Assembly (NCBI GenBank): GCA_902790115.1
Contig: CADAQS010000001.1
Location: forward strand, 1-38,490
Direction: 5' to 3'
Length of the DNA stretch: 38,490 bases
Source: an uncultured Eubacteriales bacterium
Lineage (GTDB): Bacteria; Bacillota; Clostridia; Christensenellales; CAG-138
Below the pieces are notes generated by a model. That model made no database searches and was not told where the DNA came from. It saw only the letters and a program-made list of their open reading frames with translations. Below, in pieces: positions 1 to 8,133 of this stretch. The position numbers and the translations under genes were made by a program. Within the stretch, counting starts at the first letter, position 1. Each line of letters opens with the position of its first letter.

Positions 1-1
1 T

Positions 2-469
2 CTGATGGCGGATGAGGGCGACCGGCAGCTGTCGCGTCCCGGCGTGCTCGAAGGCACCGCCAAGCCCGATTACAACCGCTGCATCGAGATGGCCGCGCAG
101 CAGGCGCTCCGCAAGATGCTCGTGCCGTCTATCCTGTCGCTGTGCATCCCGCTCGTCGGCGGCTTCCTGTTCGGCGTGGAATTCGTCGGCGGCATTCTCG
201 TCGGCGCAACGATCGTCGCGATCCCGCGCGCGCTGTTCATGGGCAACTCGGGCGGCGCGTTCGACAACGCGAAAAAGTACATCGAAAGCGGCGCGCTCGA
301 GGGAAGCGGCAAAGGCTCGCCCGCGCACAAGGCTGCGGTCACCGGCGACACCGTCGGCGATACGCGTAAGGACGTCGTCGGCGTCGCGCTCGACATCTTC
401 ATCAAGTCGATGTCCACGGTCGCCAACACGCTTGCCGGCGTGATCGCCCGCTTCACGCTGATCCACTGA
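2..469 (+). CDS. hppA: Membrane-bound ion-translocating pyrophosphatase, C-terminal part (truncated by window edge)
   Basis: GNSGGAFDNAKKYIE and GKGS..HKAAVTGDTVGD..KD..G...DIFIK are the C-terminal mPPase signatures; hydrophobic helices. Confidence 0.93.
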   Translation: MMADEGDRQLSRPGVLEGTAKPDYNRCIEMAAQQALRKMLVPSILSLCIPLVGGFLFGVEFVGGILVGATIVAIPRALFMGNSGGAFDNAKKYIESGALEGSGKGSPAHKAAVTGDTVGDTRKDVVGVALDIFIKSMSTVANTLAGVIARFTLIH

Positions 470-480
470 ACCAAAACGCG

Positions 481-520
481 AACCGCCCGCAGGGAAGCCT
501 GCGGGCGGTTTTGTTTTTTG
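481..520. terminator. Intrinsic terminator between convergent hppA and folA
   Basis: Perfect 13-bp stem aaccgcccgcagg-gaag-cctgcgggcggtt followed by ttgtttttt. Confidence 0.85.
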
Positions 521-522
521 GA

Positions 523-1059
523 TTATTTGCGTTCGTAGCGGCAGAAGCGGAACGTCGTGCCCTCGTACTGCTGCTCCTCGCCCCGTTCCGTCATGCGCCA
601 GCCGGAAGCAACGAGATCGGGATAGAACGTGTCCGCGCCGTCGGACGGATAGTCGTTGTGCGTGACGAGGCACGTATCGCAGTACGGCAGCATCAGCCGG
701 TAGATGCTCGCGCCGCCGATCACGAACACGTCGTCTTTGGGCACGTCCTTCACGCGCTCGAGCGCCTCCTCGGGCGAATGGACGTACACGAGCTCGGTCG
801 TGCGCCCCGCGGCGCGGTCGGCTTCGGCCGCCGCGACCGATTCGGGACGGATCTTGCGGTCGTCGTCGATCAGGACGATGTTGACGCGGTCCTTCAGCGG
901 CGCCATGCGCGGAAAGCTTTCGAGCGTCGTGCTGCCCATGATGCAGACCTTGCCTTTGGTCGTGCGGCGGAAATACTGCATATCGGCGGGGATATGGATC
1001 AGAAGCTGCCCGGCCCTGCCGATCGCCCAGTTCTGACTGACGTTGACGATTTCGATCAT
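523..1059 (-). CDS. folA: Dihydrofolate reductase (178 aa; C-terminal part of the listed 523..1887 ORF)
   Basis: AIG..GQL..HIPADM.YF, IMG.TT.ES, PLKDRVNIVL, FVIGGASIY, ADTFYP motifs; AGGAGG RBS at 1065-1070; directly downstream of thyA. Confidence 0.93.
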   Translation of the reverse strand: MIEIVNVSQNWAIGRAGQLLIHIPADMQYFRRTTKGKVCIMGSTTLESFPRMAPLKDRVNIVLIDDDRKIRPESVAAAEADRAAGRTTELVYVHSPEEALERVKDVPKDDVFVIGGASIYRLMLPYCDTCLVTHNDYPSDGADTFYPDLVASGWRMTERGEEQQYEGTTFRFCRYERK

Positions 1060-1070
1060 AGCGGCCTCCT

Positions 1071-1919
1071 TCAGACGGCAATCGGGATGTTTTTGATCTG
1101 CTCGCCGTGCCGATACCCGATCAGCTGTACGTCGTCGGGCGTGAAGTCGTAGAAATTCTTCACGTCGGGATTGAGCACAAACTGCGGCGCCGGGAACGGC
1201 TCGCGATGGATCAGCTCCTCGATGATCGGGATGTGGCGGTCGTAGATGTGCGCGTCCGCGATCACGTGGACAAGCTCGCCCGCCTCCATATCGCACACCT
1301 GCGCGATCATGTGCAAAAGAACCGCGTACTGGACGACGTTCCAGTTGTTCGCGGCGAGCACGTCCTGCGAGCGCTGGTTGAGGATCGCGTTTAAAACGAG
1401 CTTTCCGGTTTCGGGATTCTTTGTGCAGTTGAACGTCATGCTGTACGCGCACGGGTACAGGTTCATCTCGTGCAGGTCGGCGAAGTTGTAGAGGTTCGTC
1501 ATAATCCTGCGCGAGTACGGGTTGTTCTTGAGGTCGTAGATCACGCGGTCGACCATGTCGAACATGCCTTCCTTGTATTGGTGCTTGACCGACATCTGAT
1601 AGCCGTACGCCTTGCCGATCGAGCCGTCCGGATCCGCCCATTCGTCCCAGATATGCGAATGCAGGTCGTGGATGTTGTTGGACTTCTTCTGCCAGATCCA
1701 AAGCACCTCGTCCACCGCGGACTTGATCGCGGTGCGCCGCAGCGTCAGGATCGGAAACTCCTTTCGAAGGTCGTACCGGTTCACGACGCCGAAGCGCTTG
1801 ACCGTATAGGCGGGCGTTCCGTCCGGCCAGCGCGGGCGCACCTTTTCGCCGGTCGTGTCGGTCCCGTTGTCGATAATATCGCGGCACATTCTGATGAAGA
1901 CCTCGTCTGCGTATGCCAT
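1071..1919 (-). CDS. thyA: Thymidylate synthase
   Basis: SIGKAYGYQ, NPYSRRI, catalytic PC, NQRSQD, ADAHIYDRH; GGAGGTG RBS before ATG 1919. Confidence 0.96.
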   Translation of the reverse strand: MAYADEVFIRMCRDIIDNGTDTTGEKVRPRWPDGTPAYTVKRFGVVNRYDLRKEFPILTLRRTAIKSAVDEVLWIWQKKSNNIHDLHSHIWDEWADPDGSIGKAYGYQMSVKHQYKEGMFDMVDRVIYDLKNNPYSRRIMTNLYNFADLHEMNLYPCAYSMTFNCTKNPETGKLVLNAILNQRSQDVLAANNWNVVQYAVLLHMIAQVCDMEAGELVHVIADAHIYDRHIPIIEELIHREPFPAPQFVLNPDVKNFYDFTPDDVQLIGYRHGEQIKNIPIAV

Positions 1920-1947
1920 AAGCTCACCTCCGTGGAATGCTGCTACC

Positions 1948-1976
1948 AGTATAACAGATTCCGCCCATATTTGCAA
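1948..1976 (-). promoter_or_regulatory. sigmaA promoter of thyA-folA
   Basis: TTGCAA-N17-TATACT with extended -10 TG. Confidence 0.65.
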
Positions 1977-1979
1977 AAC

Positions 1980-2004
1980 AAAAAAGCCCCGAACGGGGCT
2001 TTTT
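1980..2004 (-). terminator. Intrinsic terminator after leuS-mscS
   Basis: aaaaagcccc-gaac-ggggcttttt hairpin with T-tracts on both sides. Confidence 0.85.
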
Positions 2005-2015
2005 GTATGCGTCGA

Positions 2016-2855
2016 TTATTTGTCCGTATGCACATCCACCTGCGCATGGGCGAGCGGGATGCTGTTCTCGACGAGCGTCTTCTGCACGGCTTCGTTGAGT
2101 CCGAAGTAGACCGTCCAGTAATCGCCCGACTTGAACCAGGTGCGGAGCTTGAACGTCGGCAGACCGCCGTCGGTCACGGTCACGAACACCTCGGGCGCGG
2201 GATCGTCGAGCACGAGCGCGTTCTGCTTCGCGCAGTCGAGCAGCAGGTCGAACACCTTCGCCTTGTCGGCCGCCGGGCTCAGCGTCACATCGATGTCGAG
2301 ACGGCGGGTTTCGTTGACCGACAGGTTCTTGATCGCGGAATTGGACAGGCCGGCGTTCGGCAGCGTGACCTTAAGGTTGTCCGCGGTGTCGATCACGGTG
2401 TAGAACAGCGTGATCTCGCGGACGGTGCCCTCATGCGCACCGTCGGTGATGTAGTCGCCGACATGGAACGGACGGAACACGAGCAGCATGATGCCGCCGG
2501 CAAGGTTCGCCAGCGAGCCCTGCAGCGCAAGGCCGATCGCCAGACCGCAGGAGCCGAGTACCGCGATGATCGATGCGGTCGGAACGCCGACCGTCGCAAC
2601 CGCGAGCAGGACGACGAGCACATAGCCCAGCACCTTGATCGCGCTGTTTGCGAACGACTGCACCTCCGGTGCGAGCTTCTGATGCCACGGCATCTTTTTG
2701 ACGAGTTTGACCAATCCTTTGACAAGCAGCAGGCCGACGACTAAAATGACGAGCGCGGCAACGATCTTCATTGCGATGCCGGCGATGCCGTTTCCGAACT
2801 GATCGGCGATTCCCTGCGAGAGCTGTTCGCCCCAGCTGATTTCTTCTGCAAGCAT
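2016..2855 (-). CDS. mscS: Small-conductance mechanosensitive channel
   Basis: GLAIGLALQGSLANLAGG..L..FRPFHVGDYI, GTVREITLFYT, PN..L motifs; AGGAGG RBS before ATG 2855. Confidence 0.92.
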   Translation of the reverse strand: MLAEEISWGEQLSQGIADQFGNGIAGIAMKIVAALVILVVGLLLVKGLVKLVKKMPWHQKLAPEVQSFANSAIKVLGYVLVVLLAVATVGVPTASIIAVLGSCGLAIGLALQGSLANLAGGIMLLVFRPFHVGDYITDGAHEGTVREITLFYTVIDTADNLKVTLPNAGLSNSAIKNLSVNETRRLDIDVTLSPAADKAKVFDLLLDCAKQNALVLDDPAPEVFVTVTDGGLPTFKLRTWFKSGDYWTVYFGLNEAVQKTLVENSIPLAHAQVDVHTDK

Positions 2856-2877
2856 TTTTTCTTTCCCTCCTTGGTGT

Positions 2878-5283
2878 TTAACCGACAACGATGTTGACGA
2901 TATTTTTGACAACGATCACTTTGCGGATCGATTTGCCCTCCAGATACGGCGCGACGTCGGTGCAGGCCTTCGCCGCTTCCTCGACGGCCGCCTTGTCCGC
3001 GTCCGCCGGCATCGAAATGCGCGCGCGCACCTTGCCGTTGACCTGCACGCCGTACTCGATCGATGCGACCGCCAGCGCGCTTTCGTCGTATATAGGCCAC
3101 GGCGCATGGTGCAGCGGCTCGAAGCCCAGCCGCTCGTTCATCTCCTCCGCCATGTGCGGCGCAAACGGCGAGAGCAGCAGCAACAGCGTATGCAGTTCGT
3201 CCTTTGTCACGCTGCCCTTGGCGTAAAAGTCGTTGACCAGCGACATCATCGCCGCGATCGCGGTGTTGAACTTCATGCGCTCGATGTCCTCGGACACCTT
3301 CTTGATGCAGGCGTGCACGGCGCTGCGCTGCGCCGCGTCGGTATCGCCCTCGCCCTTGACGAGATCCTGCAGCCGCCAGACGCGGTCGAGGAAGCGCTTG
3401 CAGCCGTTCGCGGACTCCTCGCTCCACGGCGTCGCCGCCATGTAGTCGCCCATGAACATCACATACGTGCGCAGCGTATCCGCGCCGAGCCGCTCGATGA
3501 CGTCGATCGGATCGACGACGTTGCCCTTGGACTTGGACATCTTGTCGCCGTCGGGTCCCAAGATCAGGCCCTGATAGGTGCGCTTGGCGTACGGCTCGGG
3601 CGTGTTGACTTCGCCGAGGTCGTACAGGAACTGATGCCAGAAGCGCGAGTACAAAAGATGACGCGTCACATGCTCCATGCCGCCGTTGTACCAGTCGACC
3701 GGCATCCAGTATTTCATCTTTTCGGGATCGCAGAAGCGCTGATCATTTTTCGGATCGATGAAGCGCAGATAGTACCACGACGAACCCGCCCACTGCGGCA
3801 TCGTATCGGTTTCGCGCTTCGCTTTGCCGCCGCACTTCGGGCAGGTGCAATTCACGAACGACTCGATCCTTGCCAGCGGCGACTGTCCGTCGGTGCCGGG
3901 CTCGAAGTTCTCGACGTCGGGCAGCGTCAGCGGCAGCTCCTCATACGGAACGCCGACCGTGCCGCACACCGGGCAGTGGATCAGCGGGATCGGCTCGCCC
4001 CAGTAGCGCTGGCGGTTGAACGCCCAGTCCTTCATCTTGTACTGAACGCCCTTGTGCCCGATGCCCATCCGTTCGAGATGTTCGAGCATCGCCGCGATCG
4101 AATCCTTTTTGTTGTCGTAGGCGTTCAGGAAATCGGAATGGATCATCCGCCCGTTGCCGGTGTACGCCTCTTTTTCGATGTCGCCGCCCTCGATGACCGG
4201 GATGATCTCGACGCCGAACTTCTTCGCAAACTCCCAGTCGCGCTGGTCGTGCGCCGGAACCGCCATGATCGCGCCGGTGCCGTAGCCCATCATGACGTAG
4301 TCCGCGAGGAACACCGGGATCTCCCTGCCGTTGACCGGGTTGATCGCCGAAAAGCCCTCGAGCCGCACGCCGGTCTTGTCCTTGACGAGCTGGGTGCGCT
4401 CGAACTCGGTCTTCTTGGCGCATTCGGCGCGGTAGGCTTCCACCGCGTCCCAGTTGGCGATCCGGTCGCGGTACTTGTCGAGCATCGGATGCTCGGGCGC
4501 CATGACCATGAACGTCACGCCGAAGAGCGTGTCGCAGCGGGTCGTGTAGATCTCGAGCGATTCGGGAATGTCCTTGATCGCGAAGTTCACAAACGCGCCG
4601 GTGGACTTGCCGATCCAGTCGATCTCCTGCTGCTTGATCGAATCCGGATAATCGACGCTGTCGAGCCCGGAGAGCAGGCGGTCGGCGTATTGGGTGATCT
4701 TGAGGTACCAGACGTCCTTCGGCAGCTGGATGACGTCGCTGTGGCAGACATCGCACTTGCCGCCCTGCGAATCCTCGTTCGAGAGGACGACCTTGCAGTT
4801 CGGGCAGTAGTTCACCTGCGTTTTGGCGCGGAACACAAGCCCGTGGTCGAACATCTTGCGGAAAATCCACTGCGTCCAGTGGTAGTAGTCGGGCAGCGAG
4901 GTCGAGATCTCGCGGCTCCAGTCGAACGAATAGCCGACGCGCTTCATCTGATCCTTGAAGTGCTCGACGTTTTTGGTCGTGATGATGTGCGGATGCGTGT
5001 TCGTCTTGATCGCGTAGTTCTCGGCGGGCAGACCGAACGAGTCGAAGCCCATCGGGAACAGCACGTTGTAGCCCTGCATCCGGCGCTTGCGGGAGATGAC
5101 CTCCAGGCTCGTGTACGCCTTGATGTGCCCGACGTGCATGCCCGCGCCGGACGGGTACGGAAACTCGACAAGCCCGTAGAACTTCGGCTTTGTGAAATCG
5201 TCCTCTGCTTGGAAGCAGTTATGTTCTTCCCAGTATGCCTGCCATTTGCGTTCGATGGCGGCAAAGTCATAGCGTTCTGCCAT
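2878..5283 (-). CDS. leuS: Leucine--tRNA ligase
   Basis: FPYPSGAGMHVGH (HIGH), editing-domain GTGAIMAVPAHDQRD, RQRYWGEPIP, KMSKS, C-terminal VQVNGKVRA. Confidence 0.97.
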   Translation of the reverse strand: MAERYDFAAIERKWQAYWEEHNCFQAEDDFTKPKFYGLVEFPYPSGAGMHVGHIKAYTSLEVISRKRRMQGYNVLFPMGFDSFGLPAENYAIKTNTHPHIITTKNVEHFKDQMKRVGYSFDWSREISTSLPDYYHWTQWIFRKMFDHGLVFRAKTQVNYCPNCKVVLSNEDSQGGKCDVCHSDVIQLPKDVWYLKITQYADRLLSGLDSVDYPDSIKQQEIDWIGKSTGAFVNFAIKDIPESLEIYTTRCDTLFGVTFMVMAPEHPMLDKYRDRIANWDAVEAYRAECAKKTEFERTQLVKDKTGVRLEGFSAINPVNGREIPVFLADYVMMGYGTGAIMAVPAHDQRDWEFAKKFGVEIIPVIEGGDIEKEAYTGNGRMIHSDFLNAYDNKKDSIAAMLEHLERMGIGHKGVQYKMKDWAFNRQRYWGEPIPLIHCPVCGTVGVPYEELPLTLPDVENFEPGTDGQSPLARIESFVNCTCPKCGGKAKRETDTMPQWAGSSWYYLRFIDPKNDQRFCDPEKMKYWMPVDWYNGGMEHVTRHLLYSRFWHQFLYDLGEVNTPEPYAKRTYQGLILGPDGDKMSKSKGNVVDPIDVIERLGADTLRTYVMFMGDYMAATPWSEESANGCKRFLDRVWRLQDLVKGEGDTDAAQRSAVHACIKKVSEDIERMKFNTAIAAMMSLVNDFYAKGSVTKDELHTLLLLLSPFAPHMAEEMNERLGFEPLHHAPWPIYDESALAVASIEYGVQVNGKVRARISMPADADKAAVEEAAKACTDVAPYLEGKSIRKVIVVKNIVNIVVG

Positions 5284-5330
5284 AAAAAGTCCTTTCAATT
5301 GTGAAAAAAATGGAACTGATATATGAAATA

Positions 5331-5359
5331 ACTTTAACTTTTTCTGCTGCGTTTGTCAA
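5331..5359 (-). promoter_or_regulatory. sigmaA promoter of leuS-mscS
   Basis: TTGACA-N17-TAAAGT about 45 nt upstream of the leuS ATG. Confidence 0.6.
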
Positions 5360-5363
5360 CCGC

Positions 5364-5392
5364 TTTACAAGAAATTCCGTTTATGTTACACT
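5364..5392 (+). promoter_or_regulatory. sigmaA promoter of lgt (divergent from leuS)
   Basis: TTTACA-N17-TACACT with extended -10 TG. Confidence 0.5.
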
Positions 5393-5467
5393 GAATCTGC
5401 GCACGGATCCCGCCCGCTTTTCCTTTGGCGCGCGGCGATCGGATCCGCAGCGGAAAGGAGCAAATAC

Positions 5468-6478
5468 ATGATCGGTGAATACCTTTTCCATATCGGATCG
5501 TTCGGCGTTCCGGCGATGGGCTTCTGCATCCTGATCGGCACGATCTTTGCGATGCTGCTCTGCTGGTATGCCAGGCGGTTCACCAATCTCGACTGGAACG
5601 ACGAGATCCTCGACGGCGTCATCTGGGCGGTGCTGGCCGGCTTTATCGGCATGAAGGTGCTGTACTGGATCGTCACGCCCGAAGCGATCGAACAGGTGAT
5701 CGCGGAGCCTTCGCTCAAGGGCGTCTGGGAGCTTTTGACCGCCGGCATGGTGTTTTACGGCGGGCTGTTCGGCGGCATCTTGGGTCTGTGGCTTCTCGCC
5801 CGGAAAAAGAAGCGCAGCTTTTTCACGTTCTCGGATCTGATCCTGCCGTGCTTTGCGATCGCGCACGCGGGCGGACGGATCGGCTGTCTGCTCGTCGGCT
5901 GCTGCTACGGCGTCGCGGAGGGACAGACCTGCCTTGCGGGACACCTCACCTACCACGGCGTGCTGTCGGTGACCTACCTCAACGGCGTCCACCGGCTGCC
6001 GGTGCCGCTGATGGAGTCGATGTTCCTCGTGCTGCTGTCCGGCGTTCTGCTCGTAATTCTGAAGAATCAAAAGCACCGCGGTTCGGTCACGGCGTGGTAT
6101 CTGATCCTGTATGCGATCTGGCGGTTTGTCATCGAATACTTCCGCGGCGACGAGGTTCGCGGCATCTACGGCCCGTTCTCGACCTCGCAGTGGATCAGTA
6201 TCGCGACCCTGCTCGTCGGCGTTGTGATCCTCGCGCTCTCGCGCAAATGGCCGAAGGACGTTCCGGTTCCGGACTTCCATGAGGACGACCTGACCGTCCC
6301 CGAAGCGGACGACGCGCCCGAAATCACGCTGGACGGCGAAGCCGAAGCGGAAGCCGCCGAAGCGGAGACCGATGCGCAGACCGAAGCGGAGAAGGAATCG
6401 ACCGAACCCGCAGAAGAACCGGCCGAAGCGGAAAAGGAGCAGGCCGATTCCGAGGAAGAGAAGGCAGAAAAGGAATAA
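5468..6478 (+). CDS. lgt: Prolipoprotein diacylglyceryl transferase family protein with acidic C-terminal tail
   Basis: GMVFYGG, GRIGC..GCCYG, YAIWRFVIEYFRGD, STSQWIS; about 7 TM helices; AAAGGAG RBS. Confidence 0.88.
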   Translation: MIGEYLFHIGSFGVPAMGFCILIGTIFAMLLCWYARRFTNLDWNDEILDGVIWAVLAGFIGMKVLYWIVTPEAIEQVIAEPSLKGVWELLTAGMVFYGGLFGGILGLWLLARKKKRSFFTFSDLILPCFAIAHAGGRIGCLLVGCCYGVAEGQTCLAGHLTYHGVLSVTYLNGVHRLPVPLMESMFLVLLSGVLLVILKNQKHRGSVTAWYLILYAIWRFVIEYFRGDEVRGIYGPFSTSQWISIATLLVGVVILALSRKWPKDVPVPDFHEDDLTVPEADDAPEITLDGEAEAEAAEAETDAQTEAEKESTEPAEEPAEAEKEQADSEEEKAEKE

Positions 6479-6498
6479 CGCGTTCTGCAGCGCATGTG

Positions 6499-6533
6499 AG
6501 AAGGTTTTCCGGTCGGGAAACCTTCTTTTCTTT
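6499..6533 (+). terminator. Intrinsic terminator of lgt
   Basis: agaaggttttcc-ggtc-gggaaaccttct stem followed by tttcttt. Confidence 0.75.
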
Positions 6534-6556
6534 CGGCAAAAGAAAACAGCTCTACG

Positions 6557-6587
6557 AAAAAAAAAAGAGCCCGCGCAGGGCTCTTTT
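6557..6587 (-). terminator. Intrinsic terminator of pyrG-glnA-DUF4250
   Basis: aaaagagccc-gcgca-gggctctttt stem with a run of 10 T on the minus strand. Confidence 0.8.
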
Positions 6588-6591
6588 GGTT

Positions 6592-6768
6592 TCACACAAA
6601 TGCGTTTCGTTCCGGGTCGTAGGCAAAGCCGGCGTTCGCCATGCGGCGTTCGAGCGCCGTGCGATCGACCTGCAGATCCTCGCAGAGCGCGTCGAGCGAC
6701 GGATAGAAATCGCGAAGCTTCATGTTCAGCACGGACAGCAAAATATACGGATCCTCGGGCAGCTGCAT
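6592..6768 (-). CDS. Small protein, DUF4250-like (58 aa)
   Basis: LPEDPYILLSVLNMKLRDFYPSLDALCEDL...GFAYD..RNAF matches my recollection of DUF4250; GAGGAGG RBS next to the glnA stop. Confidence 0.8.
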   Translation of the reverse strand: MQLPEDPYILLSVLNMKLRDFYPSLDALCEDLQVDRTALERRMANAGFAYDPERNAFV

Positions 6769-6778
6769 GGACGCCTCC

Positions 6779-8110
6779 TCAATAGACGACCATGTACTTT
6801 TCAAGCTCCCAGTCGGTCACGCGCGTGCGGTAATCGTCCCATTCGCGCTTCTTGCCCGAAACATAGCTGTTGTAGACGTGCTCGCCGAGCGTTTCGATGA
6901 TCAGCGGATCGGCCTTGAGGCACTTGATCGCGTCGCGCAGCGTGCCGGGCAGGCTGTGGATGCCATGCGCGTGGCGCTCGTCCTCGGTCATCGCAAAGAT
7001 GTTCTCGGTGATCTCGGCAGGCGGAACGAGGCCGCGTTCGATGCCGTCGAGCCCCGCCGCGAGGCACGCCGCGATCGCAAGGTACGGATTGCAGGCGGGA
7101 TCGGGGCAGCGCAGCTCGACGCGCGTGGACTGTCCGCGCGACGCCGGGATGCGGATCAGCGCAGAGCGGTTCGACGCGCTCCAGGCGAGGTAGCACGGCG
7201 CTTCATAGCCCGGAACGAGGCGCTTATACGAGTTGACGAGCGGATTGGTGATCGCCGTCATGCCGCGCACATGCTCCAAAAGCCCCGCGATAAAGCTGTA
7301 CGCCTCCTTGGAAAGGCCGCGTTCGCCGTTTGGATCGTGGAAAATGTTCCTGCCGTCCTTGAACAGCGACATGTTCGTGTGCATGCCTGAGCCGTTGATG
7401 CCGTAGACGGGCTTGGGCATGAAGGTCGCGTGCAGGCCGCGCATCTGCGCGATCGACTTGACGACCATCTTGAACGTGACGATGTTGTCCGCGGCGCGGA
7501 GCGCTTCGGCGTACTTGAAATCGATCTCGTGCTGACCGGCCGCGACCTCGTGGTGGCTCGCTTCGATCTCGAATCCCATCTCCTCGAGGATCAGGCAGAT
7601 CTCGCGGCGCACGTCGCCGCCGTGGTCGATCGGCGCCATATCGAAATAGCTTGCCTCGTCGGCGGTGTTCGTCGTCGGATGTCCCTTCTCGTCGATCTCG
7701 AACAGGAAGAATTCCGCTTCCGGTCCGACGTTGAACGAATAGCCCATGTCCTCGGCGCGCTTCAGAACGCGCTTTAAGACGTAGCGCGGATCGCCGACAA
7801 ACGGCGTTCCGTCGGGGTTGTACACGTCGCAGATCAGCCGCGCGGTGCGGCGCTTCTTTGGAAGCCACGGCAGAATCACGAAGCTGTCCAGATCCGGTCT
7901 TAGATACTGGTCGGATTCATGGATGCGGGTGAAGCCTTCGATCGAGCTGCCGTCGATCATGATCTGGTTGTTCACGACCTTTTCGATCTGCGAGCGCGTG
8001 ACCGCAACGTTTTTGAGCTGTCCGAAAATGTCGGTGAACTGCAGGCGGATAAACTCGATATCCTCCTCGTTGACGATGCGCACGATGTCGTCCCTGGTAT
8101 AATGCTGCAT
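6779..8110 (-). CDS. glnA: Glutamine synthetase type I
   Basis: [81 protein letters not shown]. Confidence 0.97.
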   Translation of the reverse strand: MQHYTRDDIVRIVNEEDIEFIRLQFTDIFGQLKNVAVTRSQIEKVVNNQIMIDGSSIEGFTRIHESDQYLRPDLDSFVILPWLPKKRRTARLICDVYNPDGTPFVGDPRYVLKRVLKRAEDMGYSFNVGPEAEFFLFEIDEKGHPTTNTADEASYFDMAPIDHGGDVRREICLILEEMGFEIEASHHEVAAGQHEIDFKYAEALRAADNIVTFKMVVKSIAQMRGLHATFMPKPVYGINGSGMHTNMSLFKDGRNIFHDPNGERGLSKEAYSFIAGLLEHVRGMTAITNPLVNSYKRLVPGYEAPCYLAWSASNRSALIRIPASRGQSTRVELRCPDPACNPYLAIAACLAAGLDGIERGLVPPAEITENIFAMTEDERHAHGIHSLPGTLRDAIKCLKADPLIIETLGEHVYNSYVSGKKREWDDYRTRVTDWELEKYMVVY

Positions 8111-8133
8111 GGTAAATCCTCCCCTGAATCATT

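Noticed and set aside
523-1887. folA frame stays open for 276 codons upstream through thyA (possible TS-DHFR frameshift fusion)
   Set aside because: folA has its own AGGAGG RBS and ATG at 1059. The extension is an Arg/Pro-rich shadow frame expected from G/C-rich third positions, and I saw no slippery site.
3106-5304. Long antisense ORFs (732 aa opposite leuS; also 12914..14767, 23399..25099, 25904..27442, 15001..16281)
   Set aside because: Mirror frames of high-GC3 genes; no RBS, no recognisable motifs, fully overlapping confident genes.
6330-6478. gaagcgga-like repeats at the end of lgt
   Set aside because: Explained by Glu/Ala codons of the acidic tail; not an independent DNA repeat.
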